A stretch of DNA of 64,000 nucleotides from an uncultured Prolixibacteraceae bacterium (GTDB taxonomy: Bacteria > Bacteroidota > Bacteroidia > Bacteroidales > Prolixibacteraceae), in NCBI GenBank assembly GCA_964552955.1, contig CAZKIU010000015.1:10897-74896 (forward strand). The letters run 5' to 3'. A program made the position numbers and the translations under genes. Below, piece by piece: positions 48,828-58,256 of this stretch (position 1 is the stretch's first letter; the number at the start of each line of letters is the position of its first letter). The notes under the pieces are model-generated. The model was not told the DNA's origin, did not search any database, and saw nothing but the letters and a program-made list of their open reading frames with translations.

Positions 48828-50096
48828 ATGGATTTGGACAGGAACATAGAAATCATGGCCCCGGTGGGCTCCTATGAGTCGCTGATGGCGGCCATCCAGG
48901 GGGGGACCGGGTCGGTATACTTCGGGGTGGAACACCTCAATATGAGGGCCCGTTCGGCCCATAATTTCACGTTGGCCGATATGAGCCGCATCGCCACCAC
49001 CGCGGCCTCGCATGGGGTGAAGAGCTATCTGACCCTCAACACCGAAGTCTTTGACAATGAGACGGAGCTGGTGGGGCAGATCTTGAAGGCCGCTAAGGAT
49101 GCCGGTATTTCAGCCGTCATTGCGGCCGATCCGGCGGTCATCCTGCAAGCCCGGGAGATCGATCTGGAGGTCCATATGTCAACGCAGGTGAACATCACCA
49201 ATTTTGAGGCGGTGAAATTCTACTCCCGTTTGGCCGACGTGATGGTCCTGGCCAGGGAGACCAACCTGGGCCGGGTGCACGAAATCGCTGACAAGATCAG
49301 GGAACAGGGGTTGACCGGTCCCTCAGGCCGGCCCATACGCCTGGAGATGTTTGTCCACGGTGCCCTCTGCATGGCCATCAGCGGCAAATGCTATCTCAGT
49401 CTTCACGAGATGAACGCCTCGGCCAACCGGGGCAACTGCCTGCAGACCTGCCGGCGGGGTTATACCGTCACCGACAAGGAGACCGGGGCGGAGCTGGAAG
49501 TGGACAACGCATACATCATGTCACCCAAAGACCTGAAAACCATTCACTTTCTCAACAAGATCCTGGATGCGGGGGTATCGGTGCTCAAGATCGAGGGGCG
49601 GGCCCGTGCACCCGAGTACGTGAAAACCACCGTAGTGTGTTACCGCGAAGCCGTGGAAGCCTGGAAAACAAGTACCTTCACCGACGAAAAGATCCGCGAC
49701 TGGGATGCCCGCCTGGCCTCTGTCTTCAACAGGGGTTTCTGGAACGGTTACTACCTGGGACAGCGACTGGGCGAATGGAGCCACAACTATGGCTCCCAGG
49801 CCACGCGGCGGAAGATCTACCTGGGTAAGGCCACCAATTACTTCCCCAAAATCGGAGTGGCCGAATTCAGGCTCGAATCAGCCCCCCTGGCTGCCGGGGA
49901 ACAACTCCTGATAACCGGCCCCACCACCGGCGTAGTGGAACTCACCGCCCACGAAATTCGTACCGGCACCAACCCGGTGGCCCTGGCCCCGAAAGGAAGC
50001 TACGTCTCGGTGGCCGTCCCCGTCAAAATCAGGAAAAATGATAAATTATTCAGGTGGTCAGATGCTAAAACCACCGACGGAAACGTTCATACCTAA
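48828..50096 (+). CDS. Peptidase U32 family protein
   Basis: U32 signature region (E-x-F-x-H-G-A-L-C-x-A-x-S-G-x-C: EMFVHGALCMAISGKC). Size of about 420 aa. Confidence 0.88.
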   Translation: MDLDRNIEIMAPVGSYESLMAAIQGGTGSVYFGVEHLNMRARSAHNFTLADMSRIATTAASHGVKSYLTLNTEVFDNETELVGQILKAAKDAGISAVIAADPAVILQAREIDLEVHMSTQVNITNFEAVKFYSRLADVMVLARETNLGRVHEIADKIREQGLTGPSGRPIRLEMFVHGALCMAISGKCYLSLHEMNASANRGNCLQTCRRGYTVTDKETGAELEVDNAYIMSPKDLKTIHFLNKILDAGVSVLKIEGRARAPEYVKTTVVCYREAVEAWKTSTFTDEKIRDWDARLASVFNRGFWNGYYLGQRLGEWSHNYGSQATRRKIYLGKATNYFPKIGVAEFRLESAPLAAGEQLLITGPTTGVVELTAHEIRTGTNPVALAPKGSYVSVAVPVKIRKNDKLFRWSDAKTTDGNVHT

Positions 50097-50144
50097 AATT
50101 TTCATACCTTTCCGCTGCTTTCTGGCGATTTTAAAACTTCATTT

Positions 50145-51170
50145 ATGAAACGAATACTGACTTCCGGCACGATGATTCTATGGTTTCTGCTGCCCGCCCT
50201 CTGGGTATCCGGTCAGAACACCCTCAAGCTAAGGATCAGTGGTACCTCCACCCGTTTTATGAGCGAACCTCAGGGCACCGAAATCGCCCATCCTGATATC
50301 GCCACACTGCTCGTGGGCGGAACCAGCACAGTGACCGAATTTGTGCACAAAGGGAACATGGGCTTTGAAGCCGAACTGATGATGTCGCTCACCGACAAGG
50401 TTTATGTGGGGCTGGAAGTAGGGCAGGATTTCTTATCGGGCCAAAACGATGCTCCCGGCCTTTATAATTTTCAGTTTACCGACCAGCTTCAGCTCTTCAA
50501 GGAAACCGCCATTGACGATCAGGTGATCACACAATATCTTCTGACGCAGGCCCCTTTGAAATACAACACCAACCTGCTCAACTTTATCGGGAACCTGCGT
50601 ATTTACCCTGCCCCCGATGGCCGGTTCAGGCCCTTCATCAAGGTGAGTGCAGGGATGGCCCTGGTGGCCACGGAGCTCGCCCTGAAAACACCCCCTCAAC
50701 TGGAGGAAAACCAGAATGGGATCACCCCTCTGCCCACGGTCCTCTTCTCGCGGGGTACCCAGGATGCCCCCAAGGGACGGGAAGCAGCCCTGGTGGTGGG
50801 GGCCGGACTAGGATTCGAGTTACAGGTGACGGACCGGATTGCCCTCTATGCCGATGGCTCTTACCGGCTGATTAATTCGGCTATCCTCGACGGAAAACCC
50901 AACTTCGACTGGAAACCAAATCCCGATTGGAACGAAACGAATCCCGACTATGATCCCGACTATCAATGGACATACGGAACGGAGGATAAGCGGGGTAGCC
51001 TGGAGTCATTCAATACCCGCACCAATATCGGCAAGCTCTCCTTTGGCATCGTCTATACTCTTGGCAATAACCTCAGTGTCACCGGAGGTGGTGGTAAAGG
51101 ACGCCAGATCGGCGCTGGTTCCAGTAAAAGCCTGCCCTACCTTCCCTTCTTCAAGCTAAAAAGGCTCTAA
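50145..51170 (+). CDS. Hypothetical outer-membrane beta-barrel-like protein
   Basis: Signal peptide and alternating hydrophobic beta-strand pattern (ALVVGAGLGFELQV, IALYADGSYRL, KLSFGIVYTL). A Gly-rich tail overlaps the tandem repeat. Confidence 0.6.
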   Translation: MKRILTSGTMILWFLLPALWVSGQNTLKLRISGTSTRFMSEPQGTEIAHPDIATLLVGGTSTVTEFVHKGNMGFEAELMMSLTDKVYVGLEVGQDFLSGQNDAPGLYNFQFTDQLQLFKETAIDDQVITQYLLTQAPLKYNTNLLNFIGNLRIYPAPDGRFRPFIKVSAGMALVATELALKTPPQLEENQNGITPLPTVLFSRGTQDAPKGREAALVVGAGLGFELQVTDRIALYADGSYRLINSAILDGKPNFDWKPNPDWNETNPDYDPDYQWTYGTEDKRGSLESFNTRTNIGKLSFGIVYTLGNNLSVTGGGGKGRQIGAGSSKSLPYLPFFKLKRL

Positions 51171-51267
51171 GGGGCTTGCCCTACCCTCTCTTCTTCAAGC
51201 TAAAAAGGCTCTAAACGACCTGCCCTACCTTCTCTTCTTCAAGCCGAAAAGGCTCTAAGGGGCCTGC
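51133..51267. repeat. Tandem direct repeat, 3 copies x 44 bp plus 3 nt of a fourth
   Basis: Copies start at 51133, 51177 and 51221 (TGCCCTACC[T/C]T[C/T]... TTCTTCAAGC[T/C][A/G]AAAAGGCTCTAA...). Copy 1 contains the last 12 codons and the TAA of the 50145-51170 ORF. Confidence 0.9.
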
Positions 51268-51280
51268 TGTTTGACGGTGG

Positions 51281-52141
51281 TCAATGGGTATTTCCTATCT
51301 GAAGGCGTGCGTTGGATGCGCTGTACCAGGCTGCGGCTACCGCGGCATAGGAATAGCATTCCCGGGGCCTGATCACACCCGTGTGAAAGGCAGCGACTTC
51401 CATTTGCCGGAGGATCTGTGCTTCAGAATGCATGAATCCGCTGTTAAAGGCGGTAGCGTAGAAACGAAGGCGTGACAGGGGTTCAAGGCTGGAAAGTTGG
51501 GGAAACCGGTGGTCAAGAATCCTGAGGATGGCCAGAACATACTGGTACTGGGAGCGGGAGTCTTCGAGTTCACTGAGAATAGCCTCCCGTTTTTCCTTTT
51601 CCTTGAGGCCACGGTGAAGCCTGTGGAAGCGGAGGTCCAATTCCCGGGGCCCATGTTTATGGAGTTCCCGCAGTACCGCCTCCGCACAGGAGGGTTTGAT
51701 CTGAAACCGGCCTACTGAGAAATCGGCATATTCATCGCCATAATGGACATAAAGGGCCTTGAGGAGGGTGATCTCCATGCGGTTACGGAGGGCGTCGTAG
51801 CGCACCAGTTCGGGAAAAACGACCGCTGCTGCCAGATGAGGATCAACGCCGGCTTCCCGGGCTGCAGCATCCATCCAGGAGGCATTTTCCTCCATAAAAG
51901 CAGCAGCCTTTTGCCAGTGCCTGTCAAAAACAACCCTGAAATCAGGCGCCGCCCCAGAATCGGGGGGGCTGGAAAAAGAAGACACCCGCCGCTGAGGCCC
52001 CTCCTCGGGCAAAAAGACAGGGGGTCTTCCCCAGGTGAACCGGTCAACAGACAAGTGACGAGGATGGGCCATGGAATGGAGGGGCAGAAAACCTGACAGA
52101 AGAACACAGGCTATCCGGCAGATCCACCCTCTTCCCTTCAT
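51281..52141 (-). CDS. Hypothetical secreted protein
   Basis: N-terminal signal-like segment. No motif I can assign. There is only a faint resemblance to the E...G-x-x-Q-I-x-P pattern of lysozyme-like transglycosylases (FPELVRY...SVGRFQIKP), which is not sufficient for a call. Confidence 0.5.
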   Translation of the reverse strand: MKGRGWICRIACVLLSGFLPLHSMAHPRHLSVDRFTWGRPPVFLPEEGPQRRVSSFSSPPDSGAAPDFRVVFDRHWQKAAAFMEENASWMDAAAREAGVDPHLAAAVVFPELVRYDALRNRMEITLLKALYVHYGDEYADFSVGRFQIKPSCAEAVLRELHKHGPRELDLRFHRLHRGLKEKEKREAILSELEDSRSQYQYVLAILRILDHRFPQLSSLEPLSRLRFYATAFNSGFMHSEAQILRQMEVAAFHTGVIRPRECYSYAAVAAAWYSASNARLQIGNTH

Positions 52142-52151
52142 CTTCCGGAGA

Positions 52152-53225
52152 TCAGAAGGGGTGAGAAGATTTCAGAATGGCGTTTCTCTGGGGTGAGAAA
52201 TAGAAGAAACTGATCACCTCCCTGCCATCAGCCACCTCACGATAGGGCGAAAAGATCCCGTTACATTCCCTGCCGTCGCTGAATTTCAGCGTTCCGTTGT
52301 CATAAGAGCAAAAGATCTTGTTATCACTGGAAAGCCAGAAGTTCTGCATATCATAATAGCCAGTCAGGTTGGCCTTATCAAAGATTTTGTTTCCGGCCAG
52401 GTCGGTGATGCCGTTCAGGGTGACCCATACAATCATGTTTCTTTTGATGGTGGAGGAGAGTTCAGCCCCCATGGGGACTTCCTCGGAAGCTCCGGCCACA
52501 TTGGTCACCAGTTTGGGCGTCATGTCCATATTGGCAATCTTCATCGCCTCAGCAGCCATCTTTTCCTGATTGGCCATGGCAATGGCCATCTTCTCCTGGT
52601 CGGTTTTGGCTTGCTCCATTTTCCTGGCCAGCTCAGCCATGCCGGGATCCTCTTTGTAGACCTCCGTGACCACCAGTGCAGCGAACTCCGTCGCGGCATC
52701 ATTGAGGACAAAAGAGTGAATGCCGGCATAGGGACCATAGCTCTTGCCCCCTGCCCTGATGGTTAAGGCCTCACCCGACCGGCTGATGTATTGGGGATAG
52801 GTCACGAGCAACTCATCCTCGCTCATCGTACCGCCGGCATTCAGGCTGCCAAAACCCTTCACCGCAGGATCATCCCCCTTGAAAGGGCCCTCCGTGGCTC
52901 CGCTATTTCCCCTCCTGATATAATATTTGCCTTCAGCCTTATGGTATAACAGGATATTGCCGTCGCGGATGTGAATAGAGACCTCATTGGCGGCCACTTT
53001 AAACCCTTTGCCAAATTCAAAGACCACCGGGTCGTCGTCGGAAGCACAATTGGATACGCTCCCGGAGCCTCCCTCTCCTTGGCTCCCCTCCTGCTCCACA
53101 CCCAGGACTTTCTCAACCATCTTGTTCTTCACCTTGTTCATGAGTCCCCCCAGCTGCGCTGAAGCTACAAAACCGGAACACAGCAAAATCCCGGTCGCAA
53201 GGACAAAAATCACTGATTTTTTCAT
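52152..53225 (-). CDS. Hypothetical secreted protein
   Basis: Clear signal peptide (…GFVASAQ), a Gly/Ser/Glu-rich linker, a beta-rich body, and a central Met/Ala/Lys-rich helix. 10-nt gap to the next gene. Confidence 0.6.
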   Translation of the reverse strand: MKKSVIFVLATGILLCSGFVASAQLGGLMNKVKNKMVEKVLGVEQEGSQGEGGSGSVSNCASDDDPVVFEFGKGFKVAANEVSIHIRDGNILLYHKAEGKYYIRRGNSGATEGPFKGDDPAVKGFGSLNAGGTMSEDELLVTYPQYISRSGEALTIRAGGKSYGPYAGIHSFVLNDAATEFAALVVTEVYKEDPGMAELARKMEQAKTDQEKMAIAMANQEKMAAEAMKIANMDMTPKLVTNVAGASEEVPMGAELSSTIKRNMIVWVTLNGITDLAGNKIFDKANLTGYYDMQNFWLSSDNKIFCSYDNGTLKFSDGRECNGIFSPYREVADGREVISFFYFSPQRNAILKSSHPF

Positions 53226-53269
53226 ATCGCCGAGTTTATATACTTAATGATAAGTCATTTGAGGTATCA

Positions 53270-53300
53270 GGGGCTGCCGGAATGATCTCCCGGCAGCCCC
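53270..53300 (-). terminator. 11-bp GC hairpin downstream of the 53401-54021 gene
   Basis: GGGGCTGCCGG-N9-CCGGCAGCCCC perfect inverted repeat. No adjacent U-tract. Confidence 0.3.
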
Positions 53301-53400
53301 TGCTGTTGCGCAGTGGTCTGCCGCATGCGGGTAAGGTGAGCTGGCTGCTGCAGGCCGGTGAAGTGGCAACTGCATCAGTCCGGAATCAGAAGGCTCCCGG

Positions 53401-54021
53401 TCAGTTAAAGACGATATCAGCCGGAATATCAAAGCGGCCGGCAGGCATCTCCGCGTTCTCGGTAAGCGTGACGGCTTCCATAACCATACGGGAAGTCGCC
53501 ATTTCAAGTTCCATTTTCAGGGGAATACCCTTGTAAACCCAATAATCCCCCTTTATGTTAAACTCCTTATTGTCGACCGAATAGCGGATACACTCCCTCT
53601 CCAGGAAGGTCTCCTTGCCCTGTTCCTTCAGGTTCCAAGCTTTAATCACCTCATCGGAGAGCTGGCTGAAATTGAGCTGACTGGAACCCGCCAGGGCCGG
53701 CGCCTTGAAACCGGTTTTCATTTTGGGATCGAAATTCCACGTCTGCCCTTCTTTGGTCACACTCAGATTACGGGTGGTGGTCCCCATGACATCCATGGTA
53801 GTTTCCGTCGCCTCCATCTGACCATGATCATCAAACCAGAGGGTTTGGGAGGCCCCGAAGCCCATCATGTCGGACTTGTACTCAACAATGGCCGACTTCA
53901 ACTCATACTTTCCATTGATTTCACTCTTGGCTGCAGTCTCCTCCTTACCGGCAGGAGCAGGTTTTCGGTTGCAGGAAATCACCACCAGCGCGAGGAGAAT
54001 TCCCATCAGTGTTGCTCTCAT
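53401..54021 (-). CDS. Hypothetical lipoprotein
   Basis: Lipobox VISC. 206 aa, beta-rich, no recognisable catalytic motif. Confidence 0.65.
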   Translation of the reverse strand: MRATLMGILLALVVISCNRKPAPAGKEETAAKSEINGKYELKSAIVEYKSDMMGFGASQTLWFDDHGQMEATETTMDVMGTTTRNLSVTKEGQTWNFDPKMKTGFKAPALAGSSQLNFSQLSDEVIKAWNLKEQGKETFLERECIRYSVDNKEFNIKGDYWVYKGIPLKMELEMATSRMVMEAVTLTENAEMPAGRFDIPADIVFN

Positions 54022-54420
54022 TAGAAATGTTATTTGGTTAATTATTATGTAAATATAAATAAAATCTCAATTCCGGCGTCTGACTCCATTTTTCACTTGT
54101 ATAATTGTTTGTTAATGACTTGCTCTTCAGTTGTATATCGATATGAAGCCAGTTTATGCGCTTCATGCCCGTGGAAGTCGCATGGAGCAAATATACATGT
54201 CCTTTTGTGGTCGGAGCACCATGCGACTTTCATGGGTTTTTCGGTGATCTCAAGAAATACACCCTATGGGAACCCTGTTTCCCGGGAGGGAAGATAAGGC
54301 CAGGGGATGAACAGGCAGCAGGGCCAGGCTGAACTAGTAGAGAACGCCTCATTCCAAAGGGGGACACGTTGTTGAGAAGGAAGCCGGGCCAGGCTGAGCC
54401 GGTCCCGGCTTCCGGAGGGG

Positions 54421-55404
54421 TCATTTCAGGATGGTTTCGATGATGTTAAGTTCCTCATCGGAGAAAACGAGGTTCCGCAGGCATTCCACATTGGAATCAA
54501 GTTGGCTGACGGAGCTGGCACCGATCAGCACGGAGGTAATCCGGTGGTTGCGGAGGATCCAGGCCAGGGCCATCTGGGCCAGGGACTGGCCTCTCTCCAG
54601 GGCCAGGGCATTGAGTTTTTTCACCTTTTCGAGGGCGGGTTCCACCTGGCCGGGCTGGAGGAAGCCCCAAGCTTTGGCGGCACGCGATCCTTCGGGAATA
54701 CCCTGGAGGTAACGGTCGGTGAGTAGCCCCTGTGCCAGTGGAGAAAAGGGAATGCAACCGATGCCTTCCTCTTCCAGCACATCGAGGAGTTCTGCTTCCA
54801 CCCACCTTTCGAACATGGAATACTTAGGCTGATGGATCAGACAGGGGGTTCCCAGGTCCCACAGAATGGACGCGGCCTCCCGGGTCTTTTCCGCTGAGTA
54901 GTTGGAGAGCCCTGCATAAAGGGCTTTTCCTGAACGTACGGCCTGGTCGAGGGCCATCATGGTCTCCTCCAGGGGCGTGTCAGGATCGGGCCGGTGCGAA
55001 TAGAAGATGTCGACATAGTCGAGGCCCATGCGGCGCAGGCTCTGGTCGAGACTCGAGAGCAGATACTTGCGGCTGCCCCACTCCCCATAGGGCCCGGGCC
55101 ACATCTGGTAACCCGCCTTGGTGGAGATGATCAGTTCGTCACGGTAGGGCAGGAAATCCTGCTTCAGCAATCGACCGAAATTCTCTTCTGCGGAACCCGG
55201 AGGGGGACCATAATTGTTGGCCAGGTCGAAATGGGTGATACCCCTATCAAAAGCCCTGCGCAACAGAGCCCTCCCATTCTCCAGGACATCCACTCCTCCG
55301 AAATTATGCCACAACCCCAGCGATACGGCAGGCAGCTTTAACCCCCAGTTGCCGCAACGGTTGTAGGTCATGGAGGCATATCTTTCTTCATTGGCCTTGT
55401 ACAT
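54421..55404 (-). CDS. Aldo/keto reductase (YghZ/L-glyceraldehyde-3-phosphate reductase-like)
   Basis: AKR catalytic tetrad context (DLANNYG, STKAGY, HRPD). 327 aa. Confidence 0.9.
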   Translation of the reverse strand: MYKANEERYASMTYNRCGNWGLKLPAVSLGLWHNFGGVDVLENGRALLRRAFDRGITHFDLANNYGPPPGSAEENFGRLLKQDFLPYRDELIISTKAGYQMWPGPYGEWGSRKYLLSSLDQSLRRMGLDYVDIFYSHRPDPDTPLEETMMALDQAVRSGKALYAGLSNYSAEKTREAASILWDLGTPCLIHQPKYSMFERWVEAELLDVLEEEGIGCIPFSPLAQGLLTDRYLQGIPEGSRAAKAWGFLQPGQVEPALEKVKKLNALALERGQSLAQMALAWILRNHRITSVLIGASSVSQLDSNVECLRNLVFSDEELNIIETILK

Positions 55405-55430
55405 CTCTTTAATATTTAAGAATTAAGGGT

Positions 55431-56750
55431 TCAAAGGGTGGGGAGCTTCCACGGCAGGCGGTAGACAGGCGTCAGTAAGGCATTGGCTTCGGCATCGTTG
55501 ACAAACCGGTGTTTGTCGTTGTCCCAGTAGAGGCGGCGCCCGGTTTTTAAGGCGATGTTTCCCAGATGGCAGACGCGGGCCGTATTGGCGGCCACCCCGA
55601 CCGACGTGGCAGGGATCCTGCTTTTATCCTTTATGCAGGCGACAAAATCCACCAGGTGGTTCTCGAGGCCCTTGCCGCTGGCCGGCTGGAGGTCCACCCT
55701 TTCCATCTGGGGCTTGCCACTGAGCACTTCGGGGATCACCTCCCAGCCATTGCGGTCGACGACCAGGGTACCGTTGTTCCCTACGAAACCCACACCGTGG
55801 CTGCGGCCGTAATACCCGCCGTTGATGCCGATCCCATGATCCCAGAGCAGGGTGAAGCCGTCGAAGTCATAGAGGGCCTGCTGAGTGTCGGGGGTTTCGG
55901 TGGCATCGTCAGGATAAGCAAACTTGCCTCCCATGGCCATGACAGAACGGGGAGCCTGCACGTTCATTCCGAAGAGGGCATAATCAATGATATGAACGCC
56001 CCAGTCGGTCATCATCCCCCCGGCATAATCCCAGAACCAGCGGAAGGTGAAGTGGAACCTGTTGGGATTGAAAGGCCGCAAGGGTGCAGGACCCAGCCAG
56101 AAGTCATAATCGACACCGGGGGGTGGTGCTCCGTCGGGCTTCACCGGCACCGACGACATCCATCCCTGGTAGGACCAGGTGCGCACCGTCCTGATTTTGC
56201 CCAGGGCCCCCGATCGGACGAACTTCACGGCCTCCTGCCAGTGTGGATCACTCCGCTGCCACTGCCCCACCTGAACCGTCACCCCGTACCTTTGGGCGGC
56301 CCGCTCCATGATGTCGATCTCCTCAATCGAGTTGGCCAGCGGCTTCTCACAATAAATGGCTTTCCCCTCCTGGGCAGCATAGACAAAAGGCAAACAATGC
56401 CAATGGTCGGGAGTACCTATGATGATGACATCTAAATCCTTATCTTCTATTAACTTCCGGAAATCCTTATAGCTCCGGGGCCGGTATCCCTGTAGTTTTT
56501 CAACTTCAGCCAACCGTTCCTCCAGCACATTTTCATCCACGTCGCAGATGGCTCCACAGGCGGTTCCCGGGATCCTGAGAAAGGCCCGCAGGTCGGTCAT
56601 CCCCATCCCTTTGGCCCCGATCAGCCCGCAGACCAGCCTTTCATTAGCCCCACGCAGGTTGGCATACAGCCTGGAGGAGATTCCGCTGGCCATTCCGATA
56701 CCGGCAGTGGCCAGAACGGTTTTCTGAATAAAACTTCTCCTGTTTGTCAT
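55431..56750 (-). CDS. Gfo/Idh/MocA family oxidoreductase with twin-arginine signal peptide
   Basis: Tat motif NRRSFIQ followed by a hydrophobic h-region, a Rossmann GLIGAKGMG, and an EKP motif (YCEKPLA). Confidence 0.88.
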   Translation of the reverse strand: MTNRRSFIQKTVLATAGIGMASGISSRLYANLRGANERLVCGLIGAKGMGMTDLRAFLRIPGTACGAICDVDENVLEERLAEVEKLQGYRPRSYKDFRKLIEDKDLDVIIIGTPDHWHCLPFVYAAQEGKAIYCEKPLANSIEEIDIMERAAQRYGVTVQVGQWQRSDPHWQEAVKFVRSGALGKIRTVRTWSYQGWMSSVPVKPDGAPPPGVDYDFWLGPAPLRPFNPNRFHFTFRWFWDYAGGMMTDWGVHIIDYALFGMNVQAPRSVMAMGGKFAYPDDATETPDTQQALYDFDGFTLLWDHGIGINGGYYGRSHGVGFVGNNGTLVVDRNGWEVIPEVLSGKPQMERVDLQPASGKGLENHLVDFVACIKDKSRIPATSVGVAANTARVCHLGNIALKTGRRLYWDNDKHRFVNDAEANALLTPVYRLPWKLPTL

Positions 56751-56761
56751 CGCATAAATTG

Positions 56762-57181
56762 TTAAGATTCGAAAGTCAAAATTTCACTTTTCCGATATGC
56801 CGTTCCCTTGAAATGGGCGATCAACTCCCCGGCCTCACTCACTATTTCTACAAGATAGGTGGCCAATCTATTGTGCAGGGAGATTTCCCTGGCCACTGCG
56901 GTAAGCGTTCCGGAATTTACCCCCTTAAAAAACGATATCTCAGCTTCGATGGCCAAGGCAACCTTACCATGTGCGTTAGAGGCCACCGCAAAGGTAAAAT
57001 CAGCGAGGGTGAACAAAGCCCCTCCATGCAACACACCTACGCTGTTCATGTGTTCAGGGAGTATTTTCATCCGGCATTTGGCATAACCAGCCGATGCCTC
57101 GATCAATTTAATTCCGGCATTTCTGGCAAAAATATCTTTGTCAAACTGCTTAAGAAATTTGGAAACATCAGCATTTCCCAT
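56762..57181 (-). CDS. PaaI/hotdog-fold thioesterase
   Basis: 139 aa with the hotdog pattern (NSVGVLHGGALFTLADFTFA...). Confidence 0.8.
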   Translation of the reverse strand: MGNADVSKFLKQFDKDIFARNAGIKLIEASAGYAKCRMKILPEHMNSVGVLHGGALFTLADFTFAVASNAHGKVALAIEAEISFFKGVNSGTLTAVAREISLHNRLATYLVEIVSEAGELIAHFKGTAYRKSEILTFES

Positions 57182-57183
57182 AT

Positions 57184-58182
57184 CTATTCGTTTTTCTTCA
57201 TCGCATCATCAAACCTTACCTTCGAAGGCTCGAAGTCGGAATAACGGACGAATTCGCACGATTCGGCCGCGCCAGCCTCCCGGTCCATGCCGCTGTCTTC
57301 CCATTCCACCGAAAGAGGTCCCTGGTAGCCGATGTCGTTGAGGGCGCGGATGATATTCTCGAAGTCAATTTTTCCGCGGCCCAGGCTCCTGAAATTCCAG
57401 TAGCGCCGGTTGTCTCCGAACTCCATGTGCCCCCCGAAGACGCCCACCGTCATCGGAAGGTCGCTCCAATAGACATCCTTCATGTGGACATGGTAGATCC
57501 GGTCGGGAAACTCATAGACGAAGCGGACATAATCGACGCCCTGGTAGCCGAAATGGCTGGGGTCGAAATTGAAGCCAAAGGCGGGGTGGTAGTTGACGGC
57601 CTGGAGGGCAAGGCGGGCCGTATGGATGTCAAACGCTATTTCGGTCGGGTGCACCTCCAGGGCAAACCTGACGCCCAGTTTCTGGTATTCATCGAGGATG
57701 GGCATAAAACGGCGTGCGAAATCCTCATAACCCCGTTGGATCATGTCAGGGGGAACGGCCGGAAAGGAATAGAGCAGGTGCCAGATGGGGCTTCCCGTAA
57801 AACCGACAATGGTATCGATGCCCAGCCGGTGGGCCACCCGGCCTGTTTCTATCAGTTCCTGTGCAGCCCGCTGCCGCACCCCTTCAGGATCTCCATCGCC
57901 CCACACATAAGCGGGAAGAATCGCCTTATGCCGCTCATCAATCGGGTCACAGACGCACTGGCCCACGAGGTGGGTGGAGATGGTGAACAGCTGAAGACCA
58001 TGGTGGCTGAGAAGGGCCTTTTTGGCATCGCAGTAGGCCTGATCGGCCTTGTCGATCTCCACGTGATCGCCCCAGCAGCATAGTTCCAGGCCATCATAGC
58101 CGAAAGATTTGGCCTTGCGGCACATGACTTCCAGGGGCAGGTCGGCCCACTGTCCGGTGTAAAGAGTTACTGGTCGGGACAT
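57184..58182 (-). CDS. Sugar phosphate isomerase/epimerase (xylose isomerase-like TIM barrel) family protein
   Basis: AP endonuclease 2/xylose-isomerase-like TIM barrel pattern with conserved E/D/H/E metal-site context (ALEVHP, NFDPSH, HVHMKD, SVEWED). Confidence 0.85.
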   Translation of the reverse strand: MSRPVTLYTGQWADLPLEVMCRKAKSFGYDGLELCCWGDHVEIDKADQAYCDAKKALLSHHGLQLFTISTHLVGQCVCDPIDERHKAILPAYVWGDGDPEGVRQRAAQELIETGRVAHRLGIDTIVGFTGSPIWHLLYSFPAVPPDMIQRGYEDFARRFMPILDEYQKLGVRFALEVHPTEIAFDIHTARLALQAVNYHPAFGFNFDPSHFGYQGVDYVRFVYEFPDRIYHVHMKDVYWSDLPMTVGVFGGHMEFGDNRRYWNFRSLGRGKIDFENIIRALNDIGYQGPLSVEWEDSGMDREAGAAESCEFVRYSDFEPSKVRFDDAMKKNE

Positions 58183-58256
58183 ATAGTTTCAATTAGCGGT
58201 TAGAGTTTCTTAACAGGTCAGGACTGCATCACGATATTCGATCATCCCAGAGCCTC

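Noticed and set aside
51133-51267. CRISPR array
   Set aside because: The 44-bp units are directly adjacent with no spacers, there are only three copies, the unit is not palindromic, and there are no cas genes in the window.
54034-54297. 87-codon plus-strand ORF in the AKR/lipoprotein spacer
   Set aside because: It starts in an AT-rich promoter-like region, has Cys/His/Ser-rich odd composition with no signal or motif, and spans the hairpin structures. It is more likely non-coding.
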